From Chloroflexota bacterium (GTDB lineage: Bacteria; Chloroflexota; Limnocylindria; Limnocylindrales; CSP1-4): a stretch of 64,000 bases of DNA. The stretch lies in the NCBI GenBank assembly GCA_030447745.1, contig JAUJOH010000003.1, forward strand, positions 38,727 to 102,726, in the 5' to 3' direction. Shown in pieces: positions 63,781 to 64,000 of the stretch. Position 1 is the stretch's first letter, and each line of letters starts with the position of its first letter. The notes below the pieces were generated by a model. That model searched no databases. It was given only the letters and a program-made list of their open reading frames with translations, and was not told the DNA's origin. A program made the translations under genes and the position numbers.

Positions 63781-64000
63781 CTAGTGGGCCGAATAGCCGA
63801 GCTCGGCGAGCACCGCGTCCTGACCCTCGCCGAAGCGAGGACCCGGCCGGTAGGTCGGCTCGAACCGCCCAACCCGGAGCGGCAGCCCGACGGACCTCAC
63901 GCGCCCGAGGGTCGGGTGCTCGTATTCGGCGAGCATCTCGCGCCGGCGCAAGTCGTCGGCGTCGAGCGCCTCCTCGAGGGAGCGGACCGGCGCGATCGGC
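63781..64000 (-). CDS. family III (CaiB/BaiF) CoA-transferase, C-terminal part (5' end beyond right edge), ends at a probably premature TAG
   Basis: The minus frame reads ..PVRSLEEALDADDLRRREMLAEYEHPTLGRVRSVGLPLRVGRFEPTYRPGPRFGEGQDAVLAELGYSAH*. The same frame continues IGELAASGAFG, which looks like the usual family tail. Confidence 0.7.
   Translation of the reverse strand, partial: PIAPVRSLEEALDADDLRRREMLAEYEHPTLGRVRSVGLPLRVGRFEPTYRPGPRFGEGQDAVLAELGYSAH

Overview
This is a very GC-rich chromosomal window, by eye about 70% GC. It looks Actinobacteria-like or from a related Gram-positive lineage, because the haem genes are of the coproporphyrin-dependent type including hemQ/chdC. About 55 genes are present, mostly on the minus strand.

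Main blocks, left to right:
- Acyl-CoA dehydrogenase, adenosine deaminase and lipA.
- A branched-chain/2-oxoacid dehydrogenase complex. Its E2 gene (6.4-8.1 kb) is separated from E3-E1alpha-E1beta (11.4-14.9 kb) by an AlkZ/YcaQ-like gene, an XRE-HTH/PD-(D/E)xK fusion, a repeat element and decayed DUF1801 genes.
- plsY and an AlkA-like glycosylase.
- A 5.5-kb stretch of frameshift-riddled genes (17.2-22.4 kb).
- An intact 10.6-kb sugar or sugar-acid utilisation cluster (22.4-33.0 kb). It has an ABC importer, a lactonase, three SDRs, two enolase-superfamily paralogs and a MaoC hydratase. Operator-like palindromes lie upstream.
- mutY.
- A nine-gene, translationally coupled haem operon (34.5-44.1 kb): HTH-hemA-hemCD-hemB-hemQ-hemL-hemE-hemE'-hemH.
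- An iron-type ABC importer.
- A TPP-riboswitch-controlled ykoEDC-type ECF transporter.
- A pair of dynamin-like GTPases.
- A GAF histidine kinase, a 6TM channel with a non-canonical filter, a DUF2254 protein and tRNA-Gln.

Two things are not explained by ordinary annotation:
1. A modular multi-hairpin repeat element fills at least four intergenic gaps. Two near-identical inverted copies lie 34 kb apart.
2. Fully intact operons alternate with genes carrying multiple +/-1 frameshifts or in-frame stops.

No CRISPR array, rRNA, transposase or integrase was seen. Many long ORFs in the supplied track are antisense or off-frame GC artefacts and are not called.
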